From: an uncultured Anaerolineae bacterium
GTDB lineage: Bacteria; Chloroflexota; Anaerolineae; CG2-30-64-16
Length of the DNA: 64,000 nt
Assembly: GCA_937124585.1 (NCBI GenBank)
Contig: CAKZKT010000014.1
Span: 7,393-71,392 of the forward strand
Reading direction: 5' to 3'
The notes beneath the pieces were generated by a model, which searched no databases, was not told the origin of the DNA, and saw only the letters and a program-made list of their open reading frames with translations. Position 1 is the first letter of the stretch; every line of letters begins with the position of its first letter. The position numbers were made by a program, and so were the translations under genes. Shown here piece after piece: positions 21,872 through 32,116 of the stretch.

Positions 21872-22510
21872 ATGGAAGGGCCGATCACAGTCGCTGCTGC
21901 TCGCGCCCACTATGCCGGGGGTGACAGCCATAACTTTGACCATGTCCTGCGCGTGACCGCGCTGGCCGAGCGCATCGCGCGCGCCGAGGGCGCCGACCTG
22001 GTTGTGGTGCACACGGCTGCCCTATTGCACGATATCGGGGAAAGCCGAACGCGCGAGCACCACCACCAGATCGGCGCTGCGCTGGCACGCGAGCTGCTGC
22101 GCGATCAGCCGACAGGATTTGTGGCGGCTGTGACCCACGCCATCGAGGCGCACCGCTTCCGGACGCCGCCCGCTCCGCAGACGCTGGAGGCGCAGGTGGT
22201 GTTCGATGCGGACAAGCTGGACGCCCTCGGCGCCATCGGGGTGGCGCGGGCCTGCGCCTATGCCGGCGAGCGCGGCAATGCCCTCTGGAACACGCCCTGG
22301 CGCATCATCGCGACCGAAAACGGCGACGCGGTCAGCCGACCGGTAGCCCTCGGCGACGCGTACACGCCCGGCCATGAATTCGTCTACAAGCTCTCTCACA
22401 TCGCCGACCAGCTCTACACCGCCACAGCGCGCGCCATCGCTCGCGAACGCGCCGCGTTCATGCAAAGCTTCTTCGATCGCCTGGATCAAGAGGCGATGGG
22501 ACTGCTTTAA
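21872..22510 (+). CDS. HD-domain phosphohydrolase
   Basis: HNFDHVLRV, ALLHDIG, IEAHRF, VFDADKLDALGAIG. Confidence 0.88.
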   Translation: MEGPITVAAARAHYAGGDSHNFDHVLRVTALAERIARAEGADLVVVHTAALLHDIGESRTREHHHQIGAALARELLRDQPTGFVAAVTHAIEAHRFRTPPAPQTLEAQVVFDADKLDALGAIGVARACAYAGERGNALWNTPWRIIATENGDAVSRPVALGDAYTPGHEFVYKLSHIADQLYTATARAIARERAAFMQSFFDRLDQEAMGLL

Positions 22511-22525
22511 GGCGAAAGGCATCTG

Positions 22526-22614
22526 GCATGGGGGAGTTCAATCGCTATGACGCAGGTCATAACATACCGGATCCATTTCTCCTAAAGTAGTACCGCGCCT
22601 GTCAGGCCCCATGT
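22526..22614 (+). ncRNA. Probable yybP-ykoY (Mn2+) riboswitch
   Basis: P1 CATGGGG/CCCCATG, 5' GGGGAGTT, internal GTCATAACATAC and 3' GTCAGGCC resemble the conserved core. It lies in the leader of a P2A ATPase. Recognised by eye; no covariance model run. Confidence 0.65.
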
Positions 22615-22657
22615 GGCTCGCGGGCTCCAAGCCCTGGCAGAATGCAGGAGACTGCCC

Positions 22658-25555
22658 GTGAACGAACAAAAATCAAACATCACGCTCGAAACGATCACAT
22701 CCACACCCTGGCATCACCTCTCGATCGGCGACGCGCTTGACCTGCTGGATGTGCGTGAGGACCACGGCCTGAGCACGCAGGAGGCCCAAAAGCGTCTGGC
22801 CATTTTCGGCGCCAACGAGCTCAAGGAGGCTCCCCGGCCGACTTTCCTGCAGCGACTGCTCGATCAGTTCAAGGATTTTCTGATCCTGATCCTGATCGTG
22901 GCCAGCGTGATCTCGGTGCTCCTCGGCGACTACGTCGAGGCCGGCGCAATCATAGCGATCGTTCTCTTAAACGCCATCCTGGGTGTCGTCCAGGAATCGC
23001 GCGCCGAAGAGGCGCTGGCCGCCCTGAAAAAGATGACCGCACCCGAAGCGCAGGTCTTGCGCGACGGGCACCGACAGTCGGTGCCCGCGCGCGAGCTGGT
23101 GCCCGGCGACATCGTCTTCCTGGAGACCGGCAACTACGTTCCGGCCGATGTGCGGCTGATCGAGTCGGTCAACCTGAAGATCGAAGAGGCCAGTCTGACC
23201 GGTGAATCGGTCTCGGTGCAAAAACGCGCCGAACAGATCCTCGACCGAGAAGTGCCGCTGGGCGACCGGAAGAACAGCGCATTCAGCGGCACGACCGTCA
23301 CCTACGGCCGCGGCCGTGGGCTGGTCGTCGCCACCGGCATGCAGACGCAGATCGGCAAGATCGCCGACCTGATCCAAAGCTTCGAAAACGAGCCGACGCC
23401 GCTCCAGCACAAGCTCGACGGGCTCGGCCGCACGCTGGGCATTGCGGCGCTGGCGATCTGTGCGCTGGTGTTCGTCGTGGGCATGGTGCGCTTCACCCTT
23501 AATCCGATTCCCGGCGTCACCCTCGTCGAAGAGGCGCTGGAGTTCTTCATCGTGGCCGTCAGCCTGGCGATTGCAGCCGTGCCCGAAGGCCTGCCGGCAG
23601 TCGTCACCATCTGTCTGGCGCTCGGGATGCAGCGCATGGTCGCCCGACACGCGCTCCTGCGCCGCCTCCCCGCGGTCGAAGCGCTCGGCTCGGCCACCGT
23701 CATCTGCTCCGACAAGACCGGCACGCTGACCCAGAACGCCATGACCGTGGTGCAGGTCTATGCCGATGACACCCTCCTTTTCGTGACCGGCGAAGGCTAC
23801 ACGCCGCAGGGCGAATTCCTGGAGATCGAACGTCAGACCGAAAAGCCGGTTGAGGCGGCTCGCTATCCCGGCGTCAACCTGCTCCTGCGCGTTGGCCTCC
23901 TCTGCAATGACGCCAAGATCGAGCCGGATAGCACAGGCATGGCCCCGGATCCGTCGGGCAACGGCGCAGGCGGCAAGACGCGCTGGCGCATGGTGGGCGA
24001 TCCGACCGAAGGCGCGTTGGTGGTGGTTGCGGGCAAAGCCGGCTATTGGCGCGAAGAGGTCGAACGCGATCTGCCGCGCGCGGCCGAGATCCCGTTCGAC
24101 TCCGAACGCAAGCGCATGACCACGATCCACGACATGCGGAGCTCGCGCTTTTCCACGGAAAAAGCCCGCTGGGATCAGCTGCTGGGCGAGAACCGCTACC
24201 TGGCCCTGGTGAAAGGCGCGCCGGACCTCGTGCTGGGGCTATGCACCCACATCTACCGCGACGGCAAAGTGGTGCCGCTGACCGAAGAAGATCGCAGGGT
24301 GATTCTGGAGAGAAACGCGGCGCTCTCCTCCAACGCGCTGCGCGTCCTGGCGGGGGCCGTGCGGCCGCTGCCCCAAGTGTTGCAGGACGACGACCTGAAC
24401 CCCGCAGCAGTCGAGCGCGATCTGATCTTCGTCGGCCTGTGGGGCATGATTGACCCGGCGCGGCCGGAGGTCAAGCCCGCCATCGCGGTGGCGCGCACCG
24501 CCGGCATCCGCACCGTGATGATAACCGGCGACTATCCCAACACGGCCGAAGCCATCGCCCGCGAGATCAACCTGCTGCGGCCCGGCGGCGCCGTGGTCAC
24601 CGGCCACGAATTGGACGCCATGGACGACAAGACCATGAGCGAGGTAGCCCAAAAGGTAGATGTCTACGCGCGCGTCTCGCCGCAGCACAAGGTGCGCATC
24701 GTAGACGCCCTGAAATCGCACGGGCACATCGTGGCGATGACCGGCGATGGCGTGAACGACGCGCCGGCGCTCAAACGGGCTGACATCGGCGTGGCCATGG
24801 GGATCACCGGCACCGACGTCAGCAAAGAGACCGCGGCCATGGTGCTCACCGACGACAACTACGCCTCCATCGTCTCCGCGGTGGAAGAAGGCCGCATCAT
24901 CTATTCCAACATCCGCAAGTTCGTCTTCTTCCTCCTGTCGGCAAATGTGGGCGAGATCCTGATCATCTTCATCGCCACGCTGCTCGGCTGGCCATTGCCG
25001 TTGACCGCCATTCAGCTGCTGGTCCTCAATCTGATCACCGACGGCGCGCCGGCGCTGGCCCTGGGCCTGGAGAAAGGCGAGCCGGACATCATGAAGCGCG
25101 CACCGCGCCATCCCGATGAGCCGGTGATTGATTCGACCATGCGGTTGCGCATCCTCATCCAGGGCATTGTAGATACGATCGTTGTGCTGACCGCGTTCCG
25201 CATCGGCCTGAACTGGTATCCGGAGAACGTTCATCACGCGCAGACGATCGCGTTTGCCGTCCTGTCCATTTCCGAGCTGTTCCGCGCCTATTCTGCACGC
25301 TCCGAGTATCACTCGATCCTGCGGGTCGGCGTCTTCACGAACAAGTACATGCAGTATGCAGTGCTCAGTTCACTCGTGACCCTGCTGGCAATCATCTATG
25401 TTCCATTCCTGGATCCGATCTTCGACACAGCTTTTCTGAGCCTGAGGGATTGGCTCGTTGTGCTGCCGCTTCTCTTCGTGCCGCTGATTGCGGCCGAAGC
25501 CACCAAAATCATCACCCGCCGCAGGGTGGAAATGGCCCGCCCTGTAGTCGCATAA
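22658..25555 (+). CDS. P-type (P2A, Ca2+/Mn2+-type) cation-transporting ATPase
   Basis: [46 protein letters not shown] start after SD CAGGAG. Confidence 0.95.
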   Translation: MNEQKSNITLETITSTPWHHLSIGDALDLLDVREDHGLSTQEAQKRLAIFGANELKEAPRPTFLQRLLDQFKDFLILILIVASVISVLLGDYVEAGAIIAIVLLNAILGVVQESRAEEALAALKKMTAPEAQVLRDGHRQSVPARELVPGDIVFLETGNYVPADVRLIESVNLKIEEASLTGESVSVQKRAEQILDREVPLGDRKNSAFSGTTVTYGRGRGLVVATGMQTQIGKIADLIQSFENEPTPLQHKLDGLGRTLGIAALAICALVFVVGMVRFTLNPIPGVTLVEEALEFFIVAVSLAIAAVPEGLPAVVTICLALGMQRMVARHALLRRLPAVEALGSATVICSDKTGTLTQNAMTVVQVYADDTLLFVTGEGYTPQGEFLEIERQTEKPVEAARYPGVNLLLRVGLLCNDAKIEPDSTGMAPDPSGNGAGGKTRWRMVGDPTEGALVVVAGKAGYWREEVERDLPRAAEIPFDSERKRMTTIHDMRSSRFSTEKARWDQLLGENRYLALVKGAPDLVLGLCTHIYRDGKVVPLTEEDRRVILERNAALSSNALRVLAGAVRPLPQVLQDDDLNPAAVERDLIFVGLWGMIDPARPEVKPAIAVARTAGIRTVMITGDYPNTAEAIAREINLLRPGGAVVTGHELDAMDDKTMSEVAQKVDVYARVSPQHKVRIVDALKSHGHIVAMTGDGVNDAPALKRADIGVAMGITGTDVSKETAAMVLTDDNYASIVSAVEEGRIIYSNIRKFVFFLLSANVGEILIIFIATLLGWPLPLTAIQLLVLNLITDGAPALALGLEKGEPDIMKRAPRHPDEPVIDSTMRLRILIQGIVDTIVVLTAFRIGLNWYPENVHHAQTIAFAVLSISELFRAYSARSEYHSILRVGVFTNKYMQYAVLSSLVTLLAIIYVPFLDPIFDTAFLSLRDWLVVLPLLFVPLIAAEATKIITRRRVEMARPVVA

Positions 25556-25594
25556 CGAAGTCGCCAGGGGCAGCAGACCAGAGGAGGATTCTCG

Positions 25595-26059
25595 ATGAGT
25601 GAACTCACGGTACAACGCGGGCGGTTCTTCGAGGAGTTCACGGTCGGCGATAGCGTGACGACGGCCGGCCGCACGATCACCGAGGCGGATGTGATCAACT
25701 TCGCCGCGCTCAGCGGCGACTGGAACTCAATTCACGTGGACGCCGAATATGCCAAAGGCACGCTGTTCGGCCAGCGCGTGGCGCACGGCCTGCTGGGACT
25801 ATCGGCCGCATCCGGCCTGGCCGTGCGCACCGGTTTCATCGAAGGCACCGTGATCGCCTTCCGAGAGATCGGCGAGTGGAAATTCAGCCGGCCGATCTTC
25901 ATCGGCGACACCATTCACGTGCGCGCCACGGTGACCGAGACGAAGCCGATCCCCCGCCTGGGCGGCGGCAGCGTCTCCTTCAACGTCGAGGTCGTGAACC
26001 AAAACGGCCAGGTCGTCCAGCATGGAACGTGGACGATGCTGGTGAAAAGCAAAGCGTAA
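25595..26059 (+). CDS. MaoC-family dehydratase
   Basis: RTITEADVINFAALSGDWNSIHVD, VAHGLL, PIFIGDT. Confidence 0.9.
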   Translation: MSELTVQRGRFFEEFTVGDSVTTAGRTITEADVINFAALSGDWNSIHVDAEYAKGTLFGQRVAHGLLGLSAASGLAVRTGFIEGTVIAFREIGEWKFSRPIFIGDTIHVRATVTETKPIPRLGGGSVSFNVEVVNQNGQVVQHGTWTMLVKSKA

Positions 26060-26070
26060 AGCCTGACCCG

Positions 26071-26134
26071 AAAATCGCCGTGCCCACAGGCCAGGCACTC
26101 GACAAGATGCCTGGCACGTAGGCACGGCAATTTT
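26071..26134. repeat. REP-like palindrome with an extended outer stem, between convergent genes
   Basis: aaaatcGCCGTGCC...GCCAGGCA-ctcgacaaga-TGCCTGGC...GGCACGGCaatttt. Confidence 0.75.
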
Positions 26135-26200
26135 CACGACATATTGTGCGCCGATTGGCGCATGAACGACCGAAACGGGATGCGTCAGGCGTTTCACGCG

Positions 26201-27568
26201 TCACGCGGCGCTCATCACCTTCCCTCGCTTCACCACCGTGCGCACCAGGTTTGTCCCGAATCGGTACGCCAACATGCGATAATCGTCCGCGTCGAGGAGC
26301 AGCAGATCGGCCAGCTTGCCCACCTCCAGGCTGCCGATCTGCTCGCCCAGGCCGATGGCACAGGCGGCATTGAGGGTGGCAGCCGTCAGCGCCTCGGCAG
26401 GCAGCAGGCGCATGGTGCGACAGGCCAACGCGAGGATGAACTGCATGTTCTCGCACCAACAAGTGCCCGGATTCAGGTCGGTAGCCAGCGCCAGCGCGCC
26501 GCCCTGGTCAATCAGGCTGCGGGCCGGACTGTAATCGCGCTGGCCCAGGCCAAACGGCGTGCCGGGCAGCGCCACTCCGATCGTGTTCGAGCGCGCCAAT
26601 CGTGTGACGTGTTCGGCCGGCGTCGTCACGATGTGATCGGCCGAGATCGCGGCCAGCTCGATCGCCAGCAATGCGCCGCCCAGCGACGCGAATTCATCCA
26701 CGTGGATCTTCAGGCCGAACCCCAGCTGCCGCGCCGCGGTCAGGATGCGCCGGGCTTGCGCCAGATCGAACGCGCCGGCCTCGCAGAACACGTCACAGAA
26801 AATCGCGTTCCACGCGCGGCGGTCGGCCTCCCGAACGTCCTGACCGATCGCCCCGGCCGGCTGCACCTCGCCCGTCGCCCGACTGATCTGCGACCATGGC
26901 CGCAAAGACGATGAGCCGATCCGCTGCCAATGCGCCCAGGCCGCCGGCAACAATTCCTCGACGATCAGATCCACATAAGCTTCTGTGCGGCCCTGATATT
27001 CCGGCGGAACCGCGTGCGCGGCAAGGAAAGTGGGCACGAGATCCACGGGATGGGCCCGCCGCAGTTCGGCAATCGCATCCAGCTGCTTCAGTTCATCCGA
27101 CAGGTTCAGGCCATAACCGGTCTTGGCTTCGGCCGTTGTCGTGCCATGCGCCAGCATCCGGTCGAGCCGGCCGCGCGTCTCGACCACCAGCGTCGCGAGC
27201 GAAGCTGCGCGCGTATCAGCCACGGTGCGCGCGATGCCGCCGCCGGCTGCCATGATCTGCATGTAGGTGGCGCCGCCGATGCGCATCTCGAACTCGGCCG
27301 CGCGGTGGCCGACCCATGGCAGATGGGTGTGCGGATCCACGAAGCCGGGGATCACGGCACAGCCGCCGGCATTCAGCGTTGCAGTAGGCTGAATCGTCGC
27401 AGCCAGCGCATCGCTCTTGCCCACTGCGATGATCCGGTCATCGGCCACAGCCAGCGCCGCATCGGTGATCAGCCCCAGCTCGCGCATGGCGGCCCCGCGC
27501 CGCGGGCCCGGAGGCCCGGCCAGCGTCGCCAGCTGGCCGATATTGTAGATGAGAAGATCGGCGCGCAT
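26201..27568 (-). CDS. hutI: Imidazolonepropionase
   Basis: PGFVDPHTH, GGGIARTV, HGTTTAEAKTGYGL, FCDVFCE, KIHVDE, SADH, ATDLNPG; SD GAGGAG precedes the ATG at 27568. Confidence 0.93.
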   Translation of the reverse strand: MRADLLIYNIGQLATLAGPPGPRRGAAMRELGLITDAALAVADDRIIAVGKSDALAATIQPTATLNAGGCAVIPGFVDPHTHLPWVGHRAAEFEMRIGGATYMQIMAAGGGIARTVADTRAASLATLVVETRGRLDRMLAHGTTTAEAKTGYGLNLSDELKQLDAIAELRRAHPVDLVPTFLAAHAVPPEYQGRTEAYVDLIVEELLPAAWAHWQRIGSSSLRPWSQISRATGEVQPAGAIGQDVREADRRAWNAIFCDVFCEAGAFDLAQARRILTAARQLGFGLKIHVDEFASLGGALLAIELAAISADHIVTTPAEHVTRLARSNTIGVALPGTPFGLGQRDYSPARSLIDQGGALALATDLNPGTCWCENMQFILALACRTMRLLPAEALTAATLNAACAIGLGEQIGSLEVGKLADLLLLDADDYRMLAYRFGTNLVRTVVKRGKVMSAA

Positions 27569-27600
27569 CAGGCACGACTCCTCGCGGTCATCCTCCGCCT

Positions 27601-29871
27601 TCACAACGCATGTTCGGTGCGGGCAATGATCTCTTCCTGCATCTGCGGGCTGAGCTTGACGAAATAGTCCGAATAGCCGGCCACGCGCACCAACAGGTCG
27701 CGATACTGTTCGGGATGCTCGCGCGCGGCCAGCAGCGTCTCGCGGCTGACCACATTCACCTGCATCTCGAAGCCGCCGCGACGCAGATAGGTCTCGATCA
27801 GCTGGCGCAGGATGGCCCGTTCCTGATCGGTCTTGAACAGGCGCCGCGAGAACTTCGCGTTGTGCACCAGGCCGCCGAGCGCCGGCCGGTGCGACCATTT
27901 GGTCGTGGAGAGCACCGAGGCGGTCGGGCCGCGTCGCTCGCGGCCCTGGGCGGCGCCGGCACCGTCGGCCAGCGGCCAGAACGCGCGACGGCCGTCGGGC
28001 GTGGCGCCGGTCTGACTGCCCATCCGCTCATGCATCACCCAGCAGAAAAAGCCCGGCACGTAGCGATGCGGGCCGACGGTCTGGGCCTCGGTCATCTCGA
28101 TCAGATAGCCGGCCCAGCGCCGGGCCACATCGTCCGCCTCATCGTCGTCATTGCCGTATTTGGGCAGCCGGTTCATGATGCGCTGCCGCAACGCCGCGTG
28201 CCCAGCCCAATCGGCCTCCAGGATAGCGGCGAACTCGGCCAGGGTCAGGCTGCGCTCCTCGTACACCAGTCGCCGCACGGCCACCAGGCTGTCGGCCAGA
28301 TTCGCCAGGCCGACAAAGGAGTTTTCGACCCAGTTGTAGCGCGCACCGCCCCGGTCGAAATCCAGGCCGCGCGGCAGGCAGTCGGCCGTGAAGCAGCTGG
28401 CGAGCGGGAACCCACCGTGCACCGCGCGCTGATGCCACACATGATCCAACGACGCGGCGGCTGCCGTCACTTGCGCGGCCAGGCGCGCCCGCACCTGTTC
28501 CTCCAAATCGGCGAACGTCTCCGGCTGGGGCTGCTCGCCGCGGCCGACGGCATTCATCACGTCCAGCAGGCCCTGCACGACGTTGAAATACGGCGCAGTG
28601 ACCCAGATGTTGGACGCGCCGACCGGCTTGATCTCCACACAGGTGGAGTTCATGTAATTCACAGCATCCTCGGGCCGCACACCGTGATCCAGCAACCCGG
28701 CCACGATCAGCTCGTCGTTGAAAAAGGCCGGATCTCCTCGGCCGAAAACCAACATCTGCACCGCAAAATCCATCAGCTCGGCTGGCGTCGCGCGGTGCCA
28801 GCAGAGGCCGACGGTGGGGTAGCCCAGCCCGGTGACCACGCGTGCGGCCAGGCACAGGTAGGTCAGATCATTGGTCACATCGTTGCCTGCCGCATCACGG
28901 CCACCGACCAGCACTGCCAGGGCCAGGCCGGTAGGCATGATCCGGTTAACCAGGATGAAAAGCGACACGATCAACTCGAAGGCAGCCTGTGGGGTGAGGC
29001 GCCCCGCGGCCAGATCGGCCTCGTAGAAGGGCCGCAAGGTGCGATCGAGCCGGCCCGGCGAGGTCAGGTAATGGCCCTCGCCCTGCCAGAGCGCCACCAG
29101 CGTCAGAAAAAGCAGCTGAATCGCCTCGTGAAAAGTGCGCGGCGGTTCGCTCGCCACGTGGCGGCACATCGCCGCCAGCTCCTGCCACCGCCTCTGTTCG
29201 CCGTCGCTATGGCCGGTCTCCGACCGGGCTACAGCAGCTGCAGTCAGAGGCCGGGCTGAGCTGTCCACAGGGGATGCCTCCGCCATGGCCGCGCAGGCGT
29301 CGGCCACGCGGCCGATGTACGCGGCCAGCCCAGCGAGGACGATCTGACAGGCGTCGTAGAAGGCCGTGCGATCGGCATCGCGGATCATGACGCGGCGGTA
29401 CGCAGCGATCTCTTCGCGAAGGCCACGCACGCCCAGCCGAAATAGCTTGTCGTAATCAGGGTGCAGGTGGCCGGCGTCGCCGCCGGGAAAAGGCGGAACG
29501 GTGGCCAGGACCTGCTGCGCGGCAGCCAGCGCCGCCTGTTCGTCGGCAGTGGGCCGGCGAAAACGCGGCCGGCCGACGATTCGCTCGCCGGGCGCCAGCT
29601 CGATGGGCATCGCCCGCAGCCGCGCCGCGCACAGCTGCGCCCGCCAGATCAGCCAGTCCTCGTTCTCCGTGCGTGCGGTCCATGCGGCCGCGTCGCTGAG
29701 CACAAGCTCGGGGATGGGCGGCATCTCTGTGCCGATGCGCTGATGGAAGTCGCGCGCAGCGGCGGCCAGCGCGTTCAGATCCGCCGGCAGCCGCATGGAG
29801 AGAGGCGCTGCCAATCCGGGAACAGTCAGATACTCGGGCAAATCGGGCGGAAAATTCGGTGCAGATGGCAT
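27601..29871 (-). CDS. Glycyl radical enzyme (PFL2-like, single-Cys, substrate unknown)
   Basis: C-terminal LLVRVAGYSDYF glycyl loop, Cys loop NSTCVE, PKYGNDDDEAD, GATPDGR, QVNVV. Confidence 0.9.
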   Translation of the reverse strand: MPSAPNFPPDLPEYLTVPGLAAPLSMRLPADLNALAAAARDFHQRIGTEMPPIPELVLSDAAAWTARTENEDWLIWRAQLCAARLRAMPIELAPGERIVGRPRFRRPTADEQAALAAAQQVLATVPPFPGGDAGHLHPDYDKLFRLGVRGLREEIAAYRRVMIRDADRTAFYDACQIVLAGLAAYIGRVADACAAMAEASPVDSSARPLTAAAVARSETGHSDGEQRRWQELAAMCRHVASEPPRTFHEAIQLLFLTLVALWQGEGHYLTSPGRLDRTLRPFYEADLAAGRLTPQAAFELIVSLFILVNRIMPTGLALAVLVGGRDAAGNDVTNDLTYLCLAARVVTGLGYPTVGLCWHRATPAELMDFAVQMLVFGRGDPAFFNDELIVAGLLDHGVRPEDAVNYMNSTCVEIKPVGASNIWVTAPYFNVVQGLLDVMNAVGRGEQPQPETFADLEEQVRARLAAQVTAAAASLDHVWHQRAVHGGFPLASCFTADCLPRGLDFDRGGARYNWVENSFVGLANLADSLVAVRRLVYEERSLTLAEFAAILEADWAGHAALRQRIMNRLPKYGNDDDEADDVARRWAGYLIEMTEAQTVGPHRYVPGFFCWVMHERMGSQTGATPDGRRAFWPLADGAGAAQGRERRGPTASVLSTTKWSHRPALGGLVHNAKFSRRLFKTDQERAILRQLIETYLRRGGFEMQVNVVSRETLLAAREHPEQYRDLLVRVAGYSDYFVKLSPQMQEEIIARTEHAL

Positions 29872-29925
29872 TGGCTTTCTCCGGGCGAAACGGACACAAC
29901 CGGAGCGAAACGTGATGACATGGCG

Positions 29926-30918
29926 CTATACGCCGATACCGCGGCTGTAGAGGAAAAACATCCCGATCAGATAGCCCGCCATGATGATCAGCGCGTCTAC
30001 TTCGACGAAGCCGAGCCGACGTTCGACGCGCGCCAGATTGCCCAGCAGCCCCAGGCCGGTGAGGATCAGCCCGAGCAGGCCAACCAAGGCGAATTCCGGT
30101 GTGATCACGCCGAAGAAGCGGCCTTCCAGATAAAAGGCATCGGTCAGGCCGAGCGCGAGCATGTTGAACGCATTGCTGCCGAAGAGATTGCCGACCGCCA
30201 TGTCGTAGGCGCCGATGCGCACCGCCGCGATCGAAGTCGCCACCTCTGGCAACGAAGTGACGACCCCCACCAGAGCTGTGCCGATAAAACCGGTGCTCAG
30301 GCCGGTGATCTGGGCGATCTCCTTGCTGCTGCGCACCAGCCATGGAGAAACGACGATCAACAGCGCTGTCGCGGCTGCGAAACCGGTCAACGCCCAGACC
30401 AGGCTCAGCTCCTCCGTTATTGCTCCCACATCAGAGTGCGTCTCGGCTCTGGCCTGGTTGTTGGCATGGATCAAACGCAGCCCTGCGATGTACACCGCAC
30501 CGATGCACAGGCTGTCCAGCCCAAACCAGCCAATGCAGAGCTTCACGTCGGCCAATATGAAAAAGACGGCCAGGCCGCTGAGCAGGATGGCCAGGCCTGC
30601 GGTCAAGGCATGGCGCATTGCCACGCGGCGCAGGATACGTGCCTGGCGTCCCACCAGGTCGAGCACGCCGAGCAGGAACATGTTGAACATGTTGCTGCCC
30701 ATGAAATTGCCGACCGCCAGATCGGGCACCCCCAGGCTCAGCGCATTGATCGAGGTGAGCAGCTCTGGCAGCGACGTTGCGGCGGCAAGCAGCAACGTGC
30801 CGACGAAGAGCCGGCCCAGTCCGGTGCGCGCGGCGATGATGTCGCCGAACTGGGCGAGCTTCATCGCTGCGAACACCAGGAGGACCGAAGAACCGATAAA
30901 GATCAGCCAGACCATCAT
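29926..30918 (-). CDS. Na+/Ca2+ (CaCA family) antiporter
   Basis: Two alpha repeats: AATSLPEL...GNFMGSN and VTSLPEV...GNLFGSN. Confidence 0.9.
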   Translation of the reverse strand: MMVWLIFIGSSVLLVFAAMKLAQFGDIIAARTGLGRLFVGTLLLAAATSLPELLTSINALSLGVPDLAVGNFMGSNMFNMFLLGVLDLVGRQARILRRVAMRHALTAGLAILLSGLAVFFILADVKLCIGWFGLDSLCIGAVYIAGLRLIHANNQARAETHSDVGAITEELSLVWALTGFAAATALLIVVSPWLVRSSKEIAQITGLSTGFIGTALVGVVTSLPEVATSIAAVRIGAYDMAVGNLFGSNAFNMLALGLTDAFYLEGRFFGVITPEFALVGLLGLILTGLGLLGNLARVERRLGFVEVDALIIMAGYLIGMFFLYSRGIGV

Positions 30919-31274
30919 CGCCCCCTGGCCGCACGCAGATCAGCCGGCACACCCTTGACCAGAGCCAACGGCCAGGCAGCCAAAACCCCCGTATTTGGGC
31001 CATCGAGATCGCCCAGGATGCCCTCCACAGCAGCCAGGCACTGGCGGGCTGTCGCCTCATCGGGCACGATGGCAAACAGGGTGAAATTGCCGAACTCGTT
31101 GGTCGCGCCGCCGACAAAAGCATAGCGCGCATGGACCTGACGGCGAGCAAGCCGCTGGCGGAAGATCCCTGTGCTCTCGACGATGGTCGCGCCGCTGATG
31201 CCGATCGCCGTCCACGCGTCTATCACCGCAGCCAACCGGGCGGGATCATCCAGGACAAACATCACCATATACAT
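30915..31274 (-). CDS. PII-like (GlnB-fold) protein
   Basis: GISGATIVESTG...TLFAIV...GDLDGPNTGVLAAWP pattern; ATGA overlap with the antiporter. Confidence 0.65.
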   Translation of the reverse strand: MYMVMFVLDDPARLAAVIDAWTAIGISGATIVESTGIFRQRLARRQVHARYAFVGGATNEFGNFTLFAIVPDEATARQCLAAVEGILGDLDGPNTGVLAAWPLALVKGVPADLRAARGR

Positions 31275-31323
31275 CGCCATCCCTCCTGGCAGCGTCGACC
31301 TATTCCTCCGGTCGGCACTGCTT

Positions 31324-32034
31324 CTACAAGTACTCGGTGCGCGCGGCTTCCAGAACGAAAACGGTCGCGCTGTACATCGGCATCCCCTCAGTCGCGGGCC
31401 GCGCCTCGGAGCGCAGCCGACAGTTCGCCTGCATTATCTGGAGCACATCGTCCACCTTCTCCGGCTCAACGCCGATCAGCAAAGTAACGTTACCGCGACG
31501 CAAGAAACCGCCGGCCGTGCTCAGGCGGGTCAACCGATAGCCTGCCGCCAACAGTGCGCTCGACACCGGATCGGCATCCTCGCTGGTCACAATCGCTATA
31601 ATCAAGTTCATGGCCCCTCCCCTGTTTTGTGAGATGGTTGCCATCGGCGCAGGATGAAATGGATAATGTTGATCTGCCTGCGGTGGCGCGGAACCGCCCT
31701 GGAGGCGCAGGAAGCGCGTGACCGGCAGGCCGAACACGATTGCGCCGCCAATCTGCACTTCGAGAGGCATGATGACCGGCAGTGCGGCGGCGACAGCCTC
31801 CACCGGCGGCACCGCGTTGATGAAGGTGGTGCGGGTGTGACAGACCGAGCGCATAATCGCCAGGACGGACTCGATCCGCCTCTCCTCCACGCCGATCAGA
31901 ACGGTGGCATTGCCGCGCATCAGGAAGCTGCCCACCGAGTTGATGCGCGTCACACGATAATCCTGGGCGATAAGTCGTTCGATCAGGAGATCTGCATCTT
32001 CTGCCTGGACAATGGCGAGAAGCAGGTACATCAT
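31324..32034 (-). CDS. darA: Tandem two-domain DarA/PstA (DUF970) c-di-AMP receptor
   Basis: Domain 1: LAIVQAED...GSFLMRGNATVLIGV...VQIGGAIVF. Domain 2: IAIVTSED...GGFLRRGNVTLLIGV...ATVFVL. Internal SD and ATG at 31611. Confidence 0.85.
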   Translation of the reverse strand: MMYLLLAIVQAEDADLLIERLIAQDYRVTRINSVGSFLMRGNATVLIGVEERRIESVLAIMRSVCHTRTTFINAVPPVEAVAAALPVIMPLEVQIGGAIVFGLPVTRFLRLQGGSAPPQADQHYPFHPAPMATISQNRGGAMNLIIAIVTSEDADPVSSALLAAGYRLTRLSTAGGFLRRGNVTLLIGVEPEKVDDVLQIMQANCRLRSEARPATEGMPMYSATVFVLEAARTEYL

Positions 32035-32116
32035 CAAACTAACCTCCCCGGGGTGGCTGGCTGCATGGGAAGGCGCCGCCTCATCCTGGGCCGCACCATG
32101 AAGCGTCATCGCGCGC

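Noticed and set aside
32035-32115. c-di-AMP (ydaO) riboswitch before darA
   Set aside because: The predicted leader is about 75 nt, too short, and lacks the conserved core.
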